Origin: Phoronis australis
Lineage: Eukaryota; Animalia; Phoronida
Direction: 5' to 3'
DNA length: 64,000 bases
Assembly (NCBI GenBank): GCA_002633005.1
Contig: NMRA01000562.1
Span: forward strand, 59,585-123,584
Position numbers and translations under genes: made by a program. Under the pieces are notes generated by a model. That model saw only the letters and a program-made list of their open reading frames with translations. It searched no databases and was not told the origin of the DNA. Positions 39,883 to 53,544 of this stretch are shown here, one piece after another; the first letter of the stretch is position 1, and every line of letters begins with the position of its first letter.

Positions 39883-40710
39883 TTAAGAGAAGTCGACGAA
39901 AAATATCAGGGATTTACTCGACATTCAGCAACGTTTTTGATAACTGTGTTGGGTATATTATATTTAAAAATCGGTACACTAAATTAACAGTAGAATTTAA
40001 ATGAAGTGCACTTAGACATTGACTCGTTTTCACGTTGATAGACAGTGACTAAACACACAATTAAATAGCCATGTTTAATAGTCAGTGAATACATGTCTGG
40101 ATTTTCTGCTGAGGGTAAAGTAACATTCTCTTAGGCCAGTCCTCCAAGTTCGCAAATTTTCGTGTACGACTCATTACTATATGCACTACGACTGTCGTGA
40201 AAGTCCTCATAGGCTGTGCGAGTTTATAGCGCAAACAAATCCGTGTCGGAGCACATGCATAAACATTTCTATCACACACAATATGTCCAAACAAAATTAG
40301 TGGGAAGAACCACTGAGATTTCGAATATTCATTAAAGGGATAGCTGCAGTCACCACTCAGCTCACGCGCAACTCACCTGTCATGCATCTGCCTCGTGCTC
40401 TCTTTGTACATAAATGTGGACTACATGCACGTTTCGACTGAGCAGCTTTTGAACTAATCGTTTGATCACATCTCTTTTTATGGTCGACCCGATCTGTATG
40501 CTAACAAAAATACGCCGAACTACCCTCCAGCTGTAGTCGTCGGCATAATGATATTTATTACCGACACGTGTCATTGCGTTGCTGGCATGCCTTACATTGT
40601 ACATGTATTTCCTCATTCGCGGCAGAAATCATTGAAGTGTATCTTTTATATTGTTTTATAGTTTATTTCTTTAGAAGGCATGCAGTTTCTTAATACGTCA
40701 TTCAATAAAA

Positions 40711-40824
40711 GATAAATACACAAAACGTACCGAGAGTGGCGTACATGAAGTAATATCCCACTCGACCTTATTCCGCGTATCGACCGAGACCGGTACGCCA
40801 ATCGACGTACGCTTTGTGTTTATC
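40711..40824. mobile_element. Small inverted-repeat element (MITE-like)
   Basis: GATAAATACACAAAACGTAC ... GTACGCTTTGTGTTTATC imperfect inverted ends. Confidence 0.5.
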
Positions 40825-42625
40825 CTATGCGCTTCGAATTCCCAAATTTCTTACATTTTTCAGTAGATTTTTCAAATACTTCATCTAGACTGTTCACATG
40901 GCGGATCACAACCTATATGTATGTACTTGCTTGTTAGGTTTCTCTTGTAAAGGAGACAGTTTTAAAAGTAACGATTTATTTCTTGAAAAGAGGACGCAAA
41001 GATGAAAACAACGGCAACTGAGCAGTGAACTTGTAACATCTCCTGGAAATAGCTAAAAACAACAATATTTGACAAGTGAGAGACAGATTATTTCGTTGTC
41101 CGCTTTGCTTGAAAGAGCTAGTCCTCATCAGCCTCAGCCCCAAACGCTGATCGGTTTAGCCATTTGAGGGTTGGTGACCAGACATCCCTTCTGCGCCCTG
41201 ATTGGACATAGGCAACGTTTACTGTTCAGAAAAGCGACACAAGAAACTTCCAAATACTTGAATCTCGGAATATTAAAATGCCAGTTCTTGAAGATTCTTT
41301 TCCTTACTTCTTCGATGTTATAAATTTGAGTATTTTTTCACTGAGAAACTAAACAAGATCCTCACGCAGATTTTACTTCAGTATTCTCACAGGCGACGTT
41401 GTTGCTTGCCATTCGTGATTCGGAATCAGAAGACACGATTTTTCTTGTTGGTTGAAAGGTACTTGAGTACTTATTGTCAGTGTGTTTTATTGAAAACACC
41501 ATAGAAATTGTCCCTCTTTTGAATTCAAATACATCAAATTTTCAATGACCTAATTCTCAATTGCTGCATAAATACCGGTCACTTTCATTTTTTGTATTGT
41601 ATTACAGCAAATTTCAGAGGTATTACAACTTAATGTAATTTGTCATATTCCGGTGATTTCCGTGAAAATATGTCAGAATTTTGACAAGTAAATTTCTCAT
41701 CATCAAATTTTAAACGGCTAAACCTATCAGCGCCATCTTGAGTCTTGGGGACGAGGCTGAAGTTCCGTATAATTACAGCTTTGTGTTGCCCAAAATAATC
41801 ATCTCGAGTATAAAGATTTGAAATAATTCGCTTTGGAAAATCGGTGCATAACAAGTTTTCTCTGTCTTTCCAGAAGCTGTGTGAACTTCATCTCGTATTC
41901 TAGGTCCTTTAGACAATCTGAAATCAAAAATATCCAGACACAGGCAAACAGAAAGTTATGAATAACAAAAAAAACTTAGACGCAGTGGTTCATATCACAG
42001 CGTTTCCATATTCCTCATTGTCACCATCAAGTATAATACAGTCAGTGCACAGATGCAATAACACATGTAAAAATACATAATCTATTACTTCACACCACAA
42101 TGGCTAATAGGGTACCGAACACCCAAACTTTACCACGAGTCTGGGAGACGTCAACTGTACTATCAGGTTTTCTGTCTGTCACATGTTTCGCTGTCTTTTT
42201 CTAATCGTGACTGACTCCGGCCAAGCGCCTTTGGCAGATGCCACACTTGTATAATGGCGTCTGGAAATTATTGGGAAGGGTTTAGCTCCGGAAGCTGAAT
42301 GTTAGCGCTGTTAATTCAAACACGTGCTGCTGAAGGTAATATCTATTAAAATTTACGGGCTGTTTGTTAGGACTTGATGTAGAGACAAGGTACATGTAAT
42401 TACATGTGTGTAGACCAGTAGCAGTGCTTGAAAGGGTGCCTATAACACAATCTTATTTAACCACTGCAGTAGGCTGGTGGTGCACTCAAACTTTCCCTTC
42501 ATGTGAACACCACATATGCATTACAAAAATTGCGACGTGTAACAGAACACTTGAAACGCCTCGAGGGTTTCATAAGCCTCGAATTGCAAATGCAACCGTG
42601 TAATAACCCGTTTAGTTATCTCACT

Positions 42626-42706
42626 TGGCGGGAAACCGAGGCCGGTTCGGAACCCGGGCCTCAAGAGTTTCGGGTCGCCGATTTTACCACTTCACCATTC
42701 AGCGGC
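42626..42706 (-). mobile_element. tRNA-derived SINE head or tRNA pseudogene
   Basis: The minus strand has an A-box-like TGGTGAAGTGG and a B-box-like GGTTCCGAACC at tRNA spacing, ending CCCGCCA. The acceptor stem pairs poorly, so it is not called a functional tRNA. Confidence 0.5.
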
Positions 42707-43131
42707 TGACGTCATCGAGCGTGAAAATAGAATACTTACATGTAAATGAGCACGCTCAATAATCCCATGTTCAACAAAGGGCATTGTATTCACATTTATA
42801 CGCTATGAAAAATAAGACGCATATTATCCATAAAAACGATATCTTAATTCAGTGAAATTTTTCTCTCATGCTATCTCACTTGTAAATCACCGATCTCCAA
42901 TTTGAATGCGGGTATCGTGTTGTCGGGATCCTTTGACTTGAGAATTATACTCAGTTACCAATGGTAACCTACTTTAGCAGACAATAGTTTCCCGGCCGAA
43001 GTTTAGCGTGATCAAATGCGTTTTAAGCTAAAGTAGTTGGTAAACTTTAATTTATTAATTTACTTTATTTCTATTTTATGGAAATTTTCAATTGATTTAG
43101 AATAAAAACATTATTTGATAAAATAACTCGG

Positions 43132-43193
43132 GGATTTTGTGGAATTATCACCCTCGGGACTAACGTCCCCCGGACGATAATTCTTCAAAATCC
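43132..43193. repeat. Imperfect hairpin, likely core of a palindromic non-autonomous element
   Basis: GGATTTTGTGGAATTATC (43132-43149) pairs imperfectly with GATAATTCTTCAAAATCC (43176-43193). Confidence 0.5.
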
Positions 43194-46025
43194 ACTCGGG
43201 CTCTAGATAACGGGGGATAATGACTTCGCCATGTAGTAACCTATATTTAAATTGGCACATATGTTGAACAACAAAGAACAGCATCAGCTGAATCACAAAC
43301 CTGAGATATCCACTTCTGGCACCAGTGGTAGATGAAGATTATGCTACCACAGGTACCTGAGAAAAAATCCGGCTTGGTTTTCACAGACAAAATGTGGCTT
43401 TTTAAAACGGTTTAGCATGTAACTTAGACGTTGATTTTTTGATCTGACCACGAAAACTCGAGAATACGAAAATATAGTTTCATGAAAGACACGTGTAACT
43501 TCATTTCTCAGCATTTCTAGCGATGTGGAAAATAATTAAATTGCATAGAATTACGAAAATTAGTATATAATTACAGTGTTCTGTTTATATTTAGAATAAG
43601 TTTTCATGCTGGAACAGCTTTATTTTACTCGCAAAATAAAAATATTTGGAGTCTATGAGTTATGTTTGTCTCTCTTTGTAAAGGAAGATGGTACTTTGTG
43701 TGGTAGAATTGACAATGTCATTTTAAACACTGGTTTGAGTGCCTGTGAAAGTTCACAAATTTGATGGGCTTCGTGGTACATTTTTGCGTTACCTCATCCA
43801 AAATTGAAGACGTCTAACGTTTGCACATAATTTCGCTATTCACATATTTTACTACAGCCTAGCTGTTTTAAACATCTTCAACATCTTTTCTTTACAGGGC
43901 TAGCCGTTGCCCGAGCCATTGGGCATTTATACTAAAAACTCCGCCATTTAAAGAACCATGCCTGTGAAGTTGAAGGCTTGTCGATCTTTGAAAATATACC
44001 ACAGACAGAAGTAGCACAACGTCGCAAGATAGCTGAAGAAAGAAGAAATGCAACACATAGCACCGATTTTGCCCTTCATTAGCTACACTGCTTAAAGATG
44101 TTTTCTCAAGACTATGGGTTCTTGGAAATATTGAGAACCAGTCCGCCAGATGTCACTGTAGTTAGAGCGCCCTCACTCTTTGTTGTCTTCAATTTACATG
44201 TACTCTAGATGGTATTCAATAGTCTTTACAAACCAGGGCCTGAAAAATCAGGTCGAGTCAGACCTTTGCTTTCCCGTTCCATTTCACAACCACGATAAAA
44301 TCACGTCTGAACATTTTTGGGTGTGTAATATTTGACCCATTCGATGCATTAAAGTTTAGACTTTGTCCGTCAAAATGCATAATCATTTAATCGAAAAAGC
44401 TCCTGTTGCGAATGTATCGTTTACTTTCAAGGACTTGTACTTATGCCGTCGTTTAGCCCTTTATTTAATTGATAAGTACACCGTCCGAAGTATTAATTTC
44501 CCAAGCTCGATCTTTACTTCAAACCAGCGTTCAAAATACACACTGCCACGGTGGCCTGGGGCCAGTGGGTTTGCGGCCAGTCCAGTAAACTTTCTCATAT
44601 AGGCCCTACTTGGATGTTCAAGTAACTGGCCCGGCAGTCCAGCACATTTATTCCCTGAAGCTAATTGCTTTACATTGCAGAATTGTTTAAACTGGACAAG
44701 AACGATGCACTCGCTAGATGGTTGCGCTATGCAGTTCAAAATGCCTTCCTCGTGTTAAGTAACGGTGGAACCTCGCTTAAAGGCTGGACATCACTAGATT
44801 ACGTGATATATTGCCGTGTATTTTAAAAGAGAACATGTGGCTTTGACTGGATCTTAGCTAGGCTCAGCGTAGGTCCTAGCGTTACTGAGCTCACGTCTGG
44901 TTACGTTACAAATGGGCTTGTGCTGAGGTCCGTCAGAATTGATTGCACCAGAATCAAACTACGCACTCGTTAAGGGCGCTAAGTCGACAGCACTGAGACC
45001 TTTATCACCAGTCAGCGAGGGCGAAACCTGAATAGAAGGTTGATCTGTCATTCTATTATTATCGCACGTAATCAGCCATGAACAGAATCACTCCTGGATC
45101 TGACTAAACACTCTTGCATCCATTGCACCATCAAGAAATATATTGTCAGTTGAAGTATCATATTTCTAAAATATATGAACATGAAGATTAAACAAGTTGC
45201 ACGCGTTCTCTGTTGTTTTTTCCTTAGGTTAGTTTTGGTTGTGTAAACAACAATATCATGCCTACCGCATCTGCCAAGGATACCGAAACAACACTCCCCA
45301 AACAGTACCAGTTACTGTAGGAAAGAGTTCTATTTATAGGTTTATTTTTCGTTTAAAGATCATTCTTAACTGATTTTTATACTGGAAAACTCTGGCAATA
45401 TCTCCCAACGCCGTGCGACCAGTAACCCTCGCCTTATGTATCATTTGCATCCGACACATTCACACTCTATACTTACAGCTCTCACTTGCTACCTTAATCT
45501 TACGTTACCAAACAACGCCTCTGGAAAATTCCTGCTTAGTATCACCTATTCGAAACGCAGTGACTCTATTTAAGAGTACATTAAATGCAATCCATTACAT
45601 GCTTGTACATGTAAGTCACTGTAATACATTACTACAGTACGTTGTATACTGTAACACTCTTTAACAAGCCCACAAAGAGACGGCCTCTTCTTTGAGCAAC
45701 TAGAACAAATGTGAAGTTGCGAGACCTGAGAGTTCTGGGAGAGCGGTACTTTCATCTGAGACCGTCATTTTCTAAATTCGGCGCAAAATACAGATTTCCG
45801 CTAGTCTCGAGGCTGAATATAAGCCAGAATCTTGCCAACAAGGGCAAACATCGACTTGATACAGGACCACACTGTAACACGCGTGTAGGACTTTCAAATC
45901 CAAGAACGAGACTGTTTAATATGGAATATATACGTCACTGAATAAACAAGGTGGAGTTCGGTTCAAAGTGTCGACTGCTTAGGATGAGAGTTTGTGTGAA
46001 GTTGCTAACCAGATGAGATCTTGTG

Positions 46026-46309
46026 CAGTGGCGGATCTAGGATACCATAAGGGAGGGGGCAACATGTTGCCTCGGAGAATTGGGTAAAGTGCAATTGTTT
46101 GCACAAACGGTCCATAAGTTGGGAGCTGTCGATGTGCACCTAGTGATCCCAAACGCCGGAGGACTAAAAAAGAACGGGAACTCGGTTCTGAAGCGCTGGG
46201 CCCCCCGTTGCCCCGTCCCTAGTTGGTGAACTCGATATTTCTTCACATGCTGTTGCTCTTTAATTTTGCATGCACCAGCCAAGGGGGGGGGGGCCTAAAT
46301 TCGCCTATG
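46026..46309. mobile_element. hAT-like MITE with 5-bp target-site duplication
   Basis: ttgtg-CAGTGGCGGATCTAGG ... CCTAAATTCGCCTATG-ttgtg. Confidence 0.75.
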
Positions 46310-47481
46310 TTGTGAGAGGGCTTGAGAGGGTGGTTCCCCTCAATCTTCAGTGCCATCTTCCCTTTGAAGTAGGCGTGACCTGAGATGCTAGGAATTTAAT
46401 TTTGTAAGCAGTCCAGCACACTGATTTAATTAGAATACAAAGAACTTCCTGGATGGATCAACAGCTACATTTTGTTATCAAATATAGACCCCCAACAGTT
46501 TTGTCTCTGACCATGAACAGGGCCAGACTGGTGAACAAACTGCATCATTAAGAAAAGGCATGGCAATAAGTACTGTCTAAAAATATTCACTGTAGCAAAG
46601 ACTAATGGTCCTCTGTTTTCAGTGTTTCCAACAAGTTTCAGCATTTCAAGTTGAAGCAGAATTAACACCGGCAGATATCACGGAATTACCTAGAAAAATT
46701 GTATACAAGAAACTGGTTGATTATTATAATTGAACATAAAAACAATGCCGAAATCCTAAAATTAGTGTAAGTTAATTACACGCAAAATTAAATATTTGTT
46801 ATGCTACCCTAAAATTATATCCAACTTAAGAGTATTAACTTTCAATAAAATTACGTAGTCTGTTTGAATTTGCCGAGACTGGAAACACTTTCTTTCATTA
46901 TTGCTGGATTCGAAGAAGTTCTGAACTGAAGGTTAACTAACCTCTGACCTTTCTCTTGTATTCAATTGCTTCTGTGTTAAGACTTTCAGGTAAATAAGGG
47001 CTGCAAAAATTTATAAACAGAATTACATAGATAGGGCATGTTTCCACACCAATAGTCACCAAAATTAGGTCCACTAGCAAAGATATCAACAAACTTTGAT
47101 AAAATACAGTGATTCTGTTTTGAATGAGTCTTCACAAAGGGCGGGTCCGGGGTGGGGTGCAGGACCCCATGTTCCGTGGCCATAACTGGTTTTCAAAATG
47201 CGGGATCCGTGTACTACTATACTATATCTGCCCTAAATTAAGCAGATAAGCAATACCACATAGGTTTTCTTCTTGTCACGCATTTTAACGGTGTCAGTGA
47301 TTCAATGCATATTGTTATCATCGCAGCAGTGTATAACAAAAATATTCAACTATCTATAAAGTTCCCGATGGAACGTTTTCAGTTGAATATTTTTAGCTTG
47401 CTCTCTACACATGTCTGTTGTGCTAAGATAGCGGTCGTTTTTATTGGGGATTGAAATAGTCATTTGGTTTGGAAAAACATT

Positions 47482-47954
47482 GTCATCCAAAAAACTGACG
47501 GGGCAACTAAACAATTGCAGTTGCGTGAATTGTGATTACGAGTCGACAGTCAGTCAAGAAAAAAGCTGGGCAATTATGGCTGTCTAATAAATTCACGAGT
47601 ACTTGACGATTCACAAATGAAACCCAGTTACCAAAAGCATCTTAAACAGTCACTTGGCATTAAGTTTGGTGGCCGACATTACAAGTATTGTCATGAAAAT
47701 CTCCGTCCAAGAATTTGCGTTTAGCTGTCGTTCGGCATATCCACATGGGAAATCTTCGGCATTCCGTAGTTTTAAAGCGGAGTGTTGTGCGGAAGGAGCG
47801 TAGCGTGAATGCTTTTGGCGGAAAAGTTATCAAAACGTTTCCCGTACAATACGATTGTTCCGAAAAAAGCAGATGTTTGGTGACAGTGTCAGCAGGTTTG
47901 TAAACAGTTAGTAAAAGATCATGTGGAATTGAAAAAGAGCAATATTAGTTATTG
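47482..47954. other. ~470-bp sequence present only in unit B, flanked by 8-bp direct repeat AAAACATT
   Basis: Unit A reads GAAAAATATTAGCGGAGAGG without interruption. Unit B has AAAACATT at 47474-47481 and 47955-47962. Either an insertion in B or a microhomology deletion in A. Confidence 0.5.
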
Positions 47955-49039
47955 AAAACATTAACAGAGAGGCAAATTGACAAGGCATCGATGAAAATTT
48001 TCAAAGGTAATTGAAACAGGAACTGCTGTACAGTACGTTCTGCAACTTTTTCAGTCTCAGATGTGTGGAGGGTAAAGAAAGGTCGGATGTCACCTTTGAT
48101 GACAAATCAAAGAAGGAATTGCAAGTCATTAAAACGATTTTCCTGACATTTCGTGAACCCATGATATTTTATTTCGTAGGAACTTCTCTGGCAGCAACTT
48201 TTAATTTTTGTTTGAGTCTTATCTATTTTTTTCGTGATTTATTGATTAACTTGTTTCTATATCCACATTTTGTGAGCATAAGTGCACATTGTCCTGACTT
48301 TTTACTTGGCTGGTTCTTGTCAATTCCATCTGTCTTTTAAAGCCACAGAATGACACGACTAAAATAGGTTTCCAATGAATCAGAATCTTGGCCCCTTGGT
48401 ACATGTAAGTTACATAATTAATACCTCTACTTTTTACATATTTGATTAAATACACGAACTTGCCAATGTCCCACGTAACATGTATGAATTTTTGGCGTCT
48501 ACCCCTGAAAGATCTTTTGGAAGTTCACCTCGTCTGTCTGTGCATTTAATGAGAATGTGGCATCACCGCGTTCGATCGTAGTGCTCTGTCCTCTAGTCAC
48601 ACTTTAAATTGCCTGACGACCACCTCTTTCCGCCAGAACACCTGAGTGATCCTTCTAGCATTAAACACTGTATATGACAATCTTTGATCAGACGATAGTC
48701 ACTCTGACAGCTACCGCTCATTTTCAGACGATCTGCACCCCTTAGTGCCAGTTATATTTTTACCTACTCTTTGTAATCTGCCATTCGATGTTTTTTAAAT
48801 TCGGTAACTATATTTCAATTAACGAAATGTGCTGCTCTAGTATCTACTTTAGCTAGTGCTAATTGGTCCCTCTAGAGGGAGTGTCGGGGTTGATGAACAC
48901 CTGTTGTGACTTTTTTAAGCGTGTAATTTACGGTTGGGGGCTCATCGGCGTTGCGTGTTTAATTTGTTCAATTCTTATTCTAGACACTGGTCGGCTAAAG
49001 AAAGTGTCCAAAGTACAGTTGTTTCTCTTTTTTCTCCAG

Positions 49040-49264
49040 GAAGACGAGTTTGTCTTGGCGAGTCACTGGCTAGAATGGAATTGACTTTGTATTTAACCAC
49101 CATGCTTCAACGGTTTGTCTGCACTGCCAGACAGCAGCCTCGTGCCTTCCGTCAGAGGTCGCCAAGGTTTCACGCGTATGCCTCACTCGTATTAAGTGTG
49201 CATAAAACGCAGGCCAAATTACCGGACCTCAACAGATTATACCAATGTAGCTACATGTACATGA
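49040..49264 (+). pseudogene. Orphan, frameshifted duplicate of the P450 last exon
   Basis: Intact acceptor TTTTCTCCAG, then GRRVCLGESLARMELTLYLTTMLQRFV. A 2-bp deletion near 49121 relative to 19796-20016 shifts the frame. No upstream P450 exons in unit B. Confidence 0.85.
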
Positions 49265-51298
49265 AGCCATGTTTAGGCTACAACTTTGAAAGATATAACG
49301 TTTTGGAAGCTGATGTTCGTTACGGTGCTCATCTCAACATTTTATTTCTTATGTCTCTTTCCCACGAACACCGCTACGAAGACCTGTTTATCAATTCTAC
49401 CACAACTCCGCATACCTTTCCAATGAACTGGCGGCATCGGAGTTACCCTGGCTAGCACTCTGATTTAAATACCGTGAGGTGTATTTGTATTATATTCACA
49501 AACTAATGGAGTCCAGATTAATAAATATTTCCCAACATTTTTGATGAATAACTCTACGCTGATCAGTGTCAATCTCTATCGGATTATTTATTCCTTTACG
49601 TGAAATTGTTAACAGTTGACAATGAAAGGCGTGGGTAAGAAGAATGTTTTGTTGAGTCTTGCGCAATTGACTTCGAGAGCTTTAATTTAGTTTCTACGGT
49701 GTGTTAAAGCATTGTTATGAACACACTGAAGTCAAATGTAGTAAACAGTTACAATTTCGTCTGCTTCATCTCGAGATCCTTCAGATTCAGATATGAACAA
49801 CATCCGCATGCATTATTGTTTGATTCAATATACTGTGGTACCTCAGTTCCACTTGTATCGCCGGAATTTGCAGATGCACGCAACTTCTGCTATCAGCCAT
49901 TTTTGTTTGTTGTTTTCTCGCATTTACGCAGTATATGACGCTGAAAGCGAGTTTCACGTATTACTTTACACTGTACGTGTCTTGATTTGGGCGCTTAACA
50001 AACGGGTGATCTTGTGTTGCTAAATCACTGCTATTACAATATGGTTAGCCCAATGTTGAGACCATAGAAAAGTATGGCGGGTCGCACAGATTTTCACACG
50101 GAAGGGAAACAGGAGGAGCTGAACTGCCGGAGACAAGCCAAGCACTACATGACAGCAGAGGTCGCAACATCTCTTCCTGTGCTGGTCCCTAACTTTCAAA
50201 TTTTAGCACAATTTTGCCATGACGTATTTATGCTTTTGGCGACACGCAAGCTAACATTTACGCATACCACACTTTCCATAAGTTTAAGATAATTAAAAGT
50301 TATACTGCAGTAGGATATCAATATTTCCGCGTGGTTGTTCTTGAAATCGTATATTCAAATAGCTAGAAACTAATACAGCATGCGAAATCCGATTCTCTCC
50401 TCATTGGTCTTCTTACACCTCAACTGAGAGATAGTAATGCATTATCAATCTGAGCATTTGCTCACCATTCAGTCTAGAAGTAAAAACTAAAACAGAATTG
50501 AAACTTAGATTGTAACATACGGATTTTTTAATTTTCCAATTAATTTAAAAGGGAAATGCGCACTTAGAATTTAACACATCGTCAAAACTGAAAAGTCACT
50601 AACTCACGAAAGATACTAAACTCTAAGCCCTGTAACATACGCATGTATCATTTTGAAAAGTAGATTCATCACACATATTTTAATTGCAAGTGAAAACGTC
50701 CAGTGTCTCACACGTGTTAGTTTCAACTGTGTGTCAACTCGTGTATACATTTAGATTGTTCCACGGGCTCCATCACAGACTACGTCAACCGAGATTGTCT
50801 CTACTTATTGCTTGCATTCACCCATCGTCTTCCTCTCCACCTTCAATGTTTGGCCTCACTTTTTGCACACCCTGTTTACTTTCCATAATACGCCACGCAA
50901 CCTTTAAAGGAAAAACGTAGACTAAGATACAGTGACCGTAGGTTGGGACAAATTTGATTTGATCTCAGTAAGAGAACGCCATGTGCTGTTTTCTCTATAC
51001 CATCTGTAAAAATTCTTGGAATAGAGTTAATAAGTCTAATGACACAACAGCCATCTCTACCGATAAGATACATTGTACATGTAGCTTGCTCGATAGATAA
51101 ACGCAATTACCCCACTGTCATACATGTATTTACTCTCTCTACCTAACCTTGCTAACTCTTTCTATAGAATTTCCATGATTTCCATCGACTGAGGCAAGAA
51201 TTTTGGATGTACCGCACATCTGTAGCTGACACTTTGGCGTATGGCCGCACAAGTACCAATTTGTTGTCAGGAACTCAAACATGTGTGCTGATAGGCCG

Positions 51299-51888
51299 TG
51301 ATACACCGTAAAATGTAACACTTTCGTAACGACTGTTACATTTTATGTCATTGTTACATTTTACGTTGCTTGGCGTCTTTCAACTACACACGGACGGATT
51401 TTCAAGGATCAGGTAACACGTTTTCTATCGTTAAATCCTTCTTGCAATCTTTTGTTGACCCCATGAATAAATTTAAAATTAATAATAATCATAACAATAG
51501 CGAAAGCGAGTAATAGTAGTGATAGCAGTAATAGTAGTTAGTGTAGTAATAGCAGTAGTAATAGCAATAGTAGTAACAATAGTATTAGTAGTGTAATACT
51601 AATAAAAATGACAATAGATAGCCAAATTCATGTTGTTTCATCCCGGAGTGCATTCCTTTAGAAGAGGTACTAAACGAAAAGTGCCGCCCAAAAGGGTGTT
51701 TTTTCAGAGAAAAAATACTCTTCAAAATGGTGCCATTTTCGTCAAAATAAAGAAGGTGCCTTTCTTAAATTTCTGACACAGGACTTTGCAAACTTGTTAT
51801 ATTTTAGGAGAAGTTTATCAACGTAAAATTTAACAATTACGTACAATGTAACGGTTGTTACGAAATTGTTGAATTTTAGGGTGTATCA
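51299..51888. mobile_element. 590-bp TIR element with 6-bp target-site duplication, present only in unit B
   Basis: aggccg-TGATACACCGTAAAATGTAACA ... TGTTGAATTTTAGGGTGTATCA-aggccg. Unit A site near 25660 is empty. Subterminal CGTAAAATGTAAC repeats. Confidence 0.7.
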
Positions 51889-53544
51889 AGGCCGTGAAAA
51901 GTAGCTATTTCGTAAAATGTAACAACTGCTAATTTTACGTCAATTTTATTTTTTTTACGTTGGCAAGCCTGTCGTAAAATTTAACAAGTTGTTACATTCT
52001 AAGTAGTTGTTATATTTTATGTCAAATATGCATGAAAGAAATATACCATTATTACATTTTACGAAACCAACGTCATATCGCAAAGTAAATGACCAAAATC
52101 GCGAGCGAGTGGTATCTGACCCTGCCGAGGGTACTCGAGTATTTTTGGGAAGGCGGTGCCTCCCAATATTTGGATGCCTACACATTTAGAGAGACGGCTA
52201 GGCAAAAAGTGATCCATTTAGGGAGTAATTTTGTATAAAAATTCACATTATGGCAAAATTTTGTTTGAGACATTCAGAAAGAACACTATTTTAGATAATA
52301 TTTTGTCGAAGACGACACCATTTTGGAGAATGTTTTTTGCTGTGAAAAACGCACCCTTTTGGTGGCAATTTCGTATCCCCCTTCTATGTGAATACCCTCC
52401 GAGCTGACACGGTATGAATTTGGCTAACCACTATCATTATTATGACTACTAATACTATTGCTATTACTATTACTGTTACTACTGAATTCATTTAAAAGGA
52501 CACAGTGCATACATACTTAGCATAGTGCTAACACGCCATACTCCTCAAAGGTTTTAAATTCATCTCATTAACGGTTCAAAGTTTTCACCTGGCTAATCCG
52601 TAATGAGCAGGAAGGGTGCTGTTTCAAAAGGAATTTATAGGGCTACCTAGGTTCAACGATATTATGGATGCAGAGTAGGCCTACTTTTGAAAACGAGGAT
52701 GCTGCTATTTAAATCTTGTTTAGACGTGCGCTAACTTCAATAAGTTATTATATCAGAAAGCACGGTATTTTTAGTGATTTTACTATATCCTTCTGTAATT
52801 TGCCGAGAAAAACTGAATTCAGATTGTAATCTTTTACTTGCAACTTACATGTAAACGTGTGGTTACCCACCGTGTTACCATTTTTGTCTCTTGTTGAAAC
52901 ATTCCTTCAAAAGACTGGAGTCAAGCACTATTGTAGCTTGTTACAGATTCGCTCATATTCAAGCTTGTTGACAGTCAACAGTGTCGTATTATTAACCAGT
53001 TTTGCGTGCCCGAAGGGATTCTGCCAAATTCAAAAACAGGTGCAAAAGCGAAGTTCTCTGTAGAGTTACACAACGAAAATTGAACGTCAAACAATGGGAA
53101 CGTTCAACTCAAATATTGTGCAACGTCATTCTAGCTACTTAACGCCAAGAAAAACCTCGCTTGTGCAACTCTACTTTGATTTAGTAGACCGACTATGCGA
53201 TGCAAAATAAATTGCATGGTATTCCACTAAGCTGCACTCAGAAATGGAAATTGTACCATGTACATGTTAAATTTCTTTATAACTAAATTTACTTTTTGGA
53301 CCGGTACTTCACATCAAAAGGCCCGAGTTTCACATAAGTAATCCATTCTTCATACTAAATGATAAAGACTTGAAGCTTTTGGAAAAATATATTTGTCCTG
53401 AACAACATCTGTCGATGGCAACTTTTCTGTCATCAGTTTGAATTGCATTACTTGATTATACTATCAAAATGCCTGCACACTAGATTGCAAATACATTCAA
53501 TCGGCGTCTGTGTTACAAACTAAAACGGTAACGTTGCTCTGAAC

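Noticed and set aside
42626-42706. Functional tRNA gene
   Set aside because: Acceptor and anticodon stems do not pair properly.
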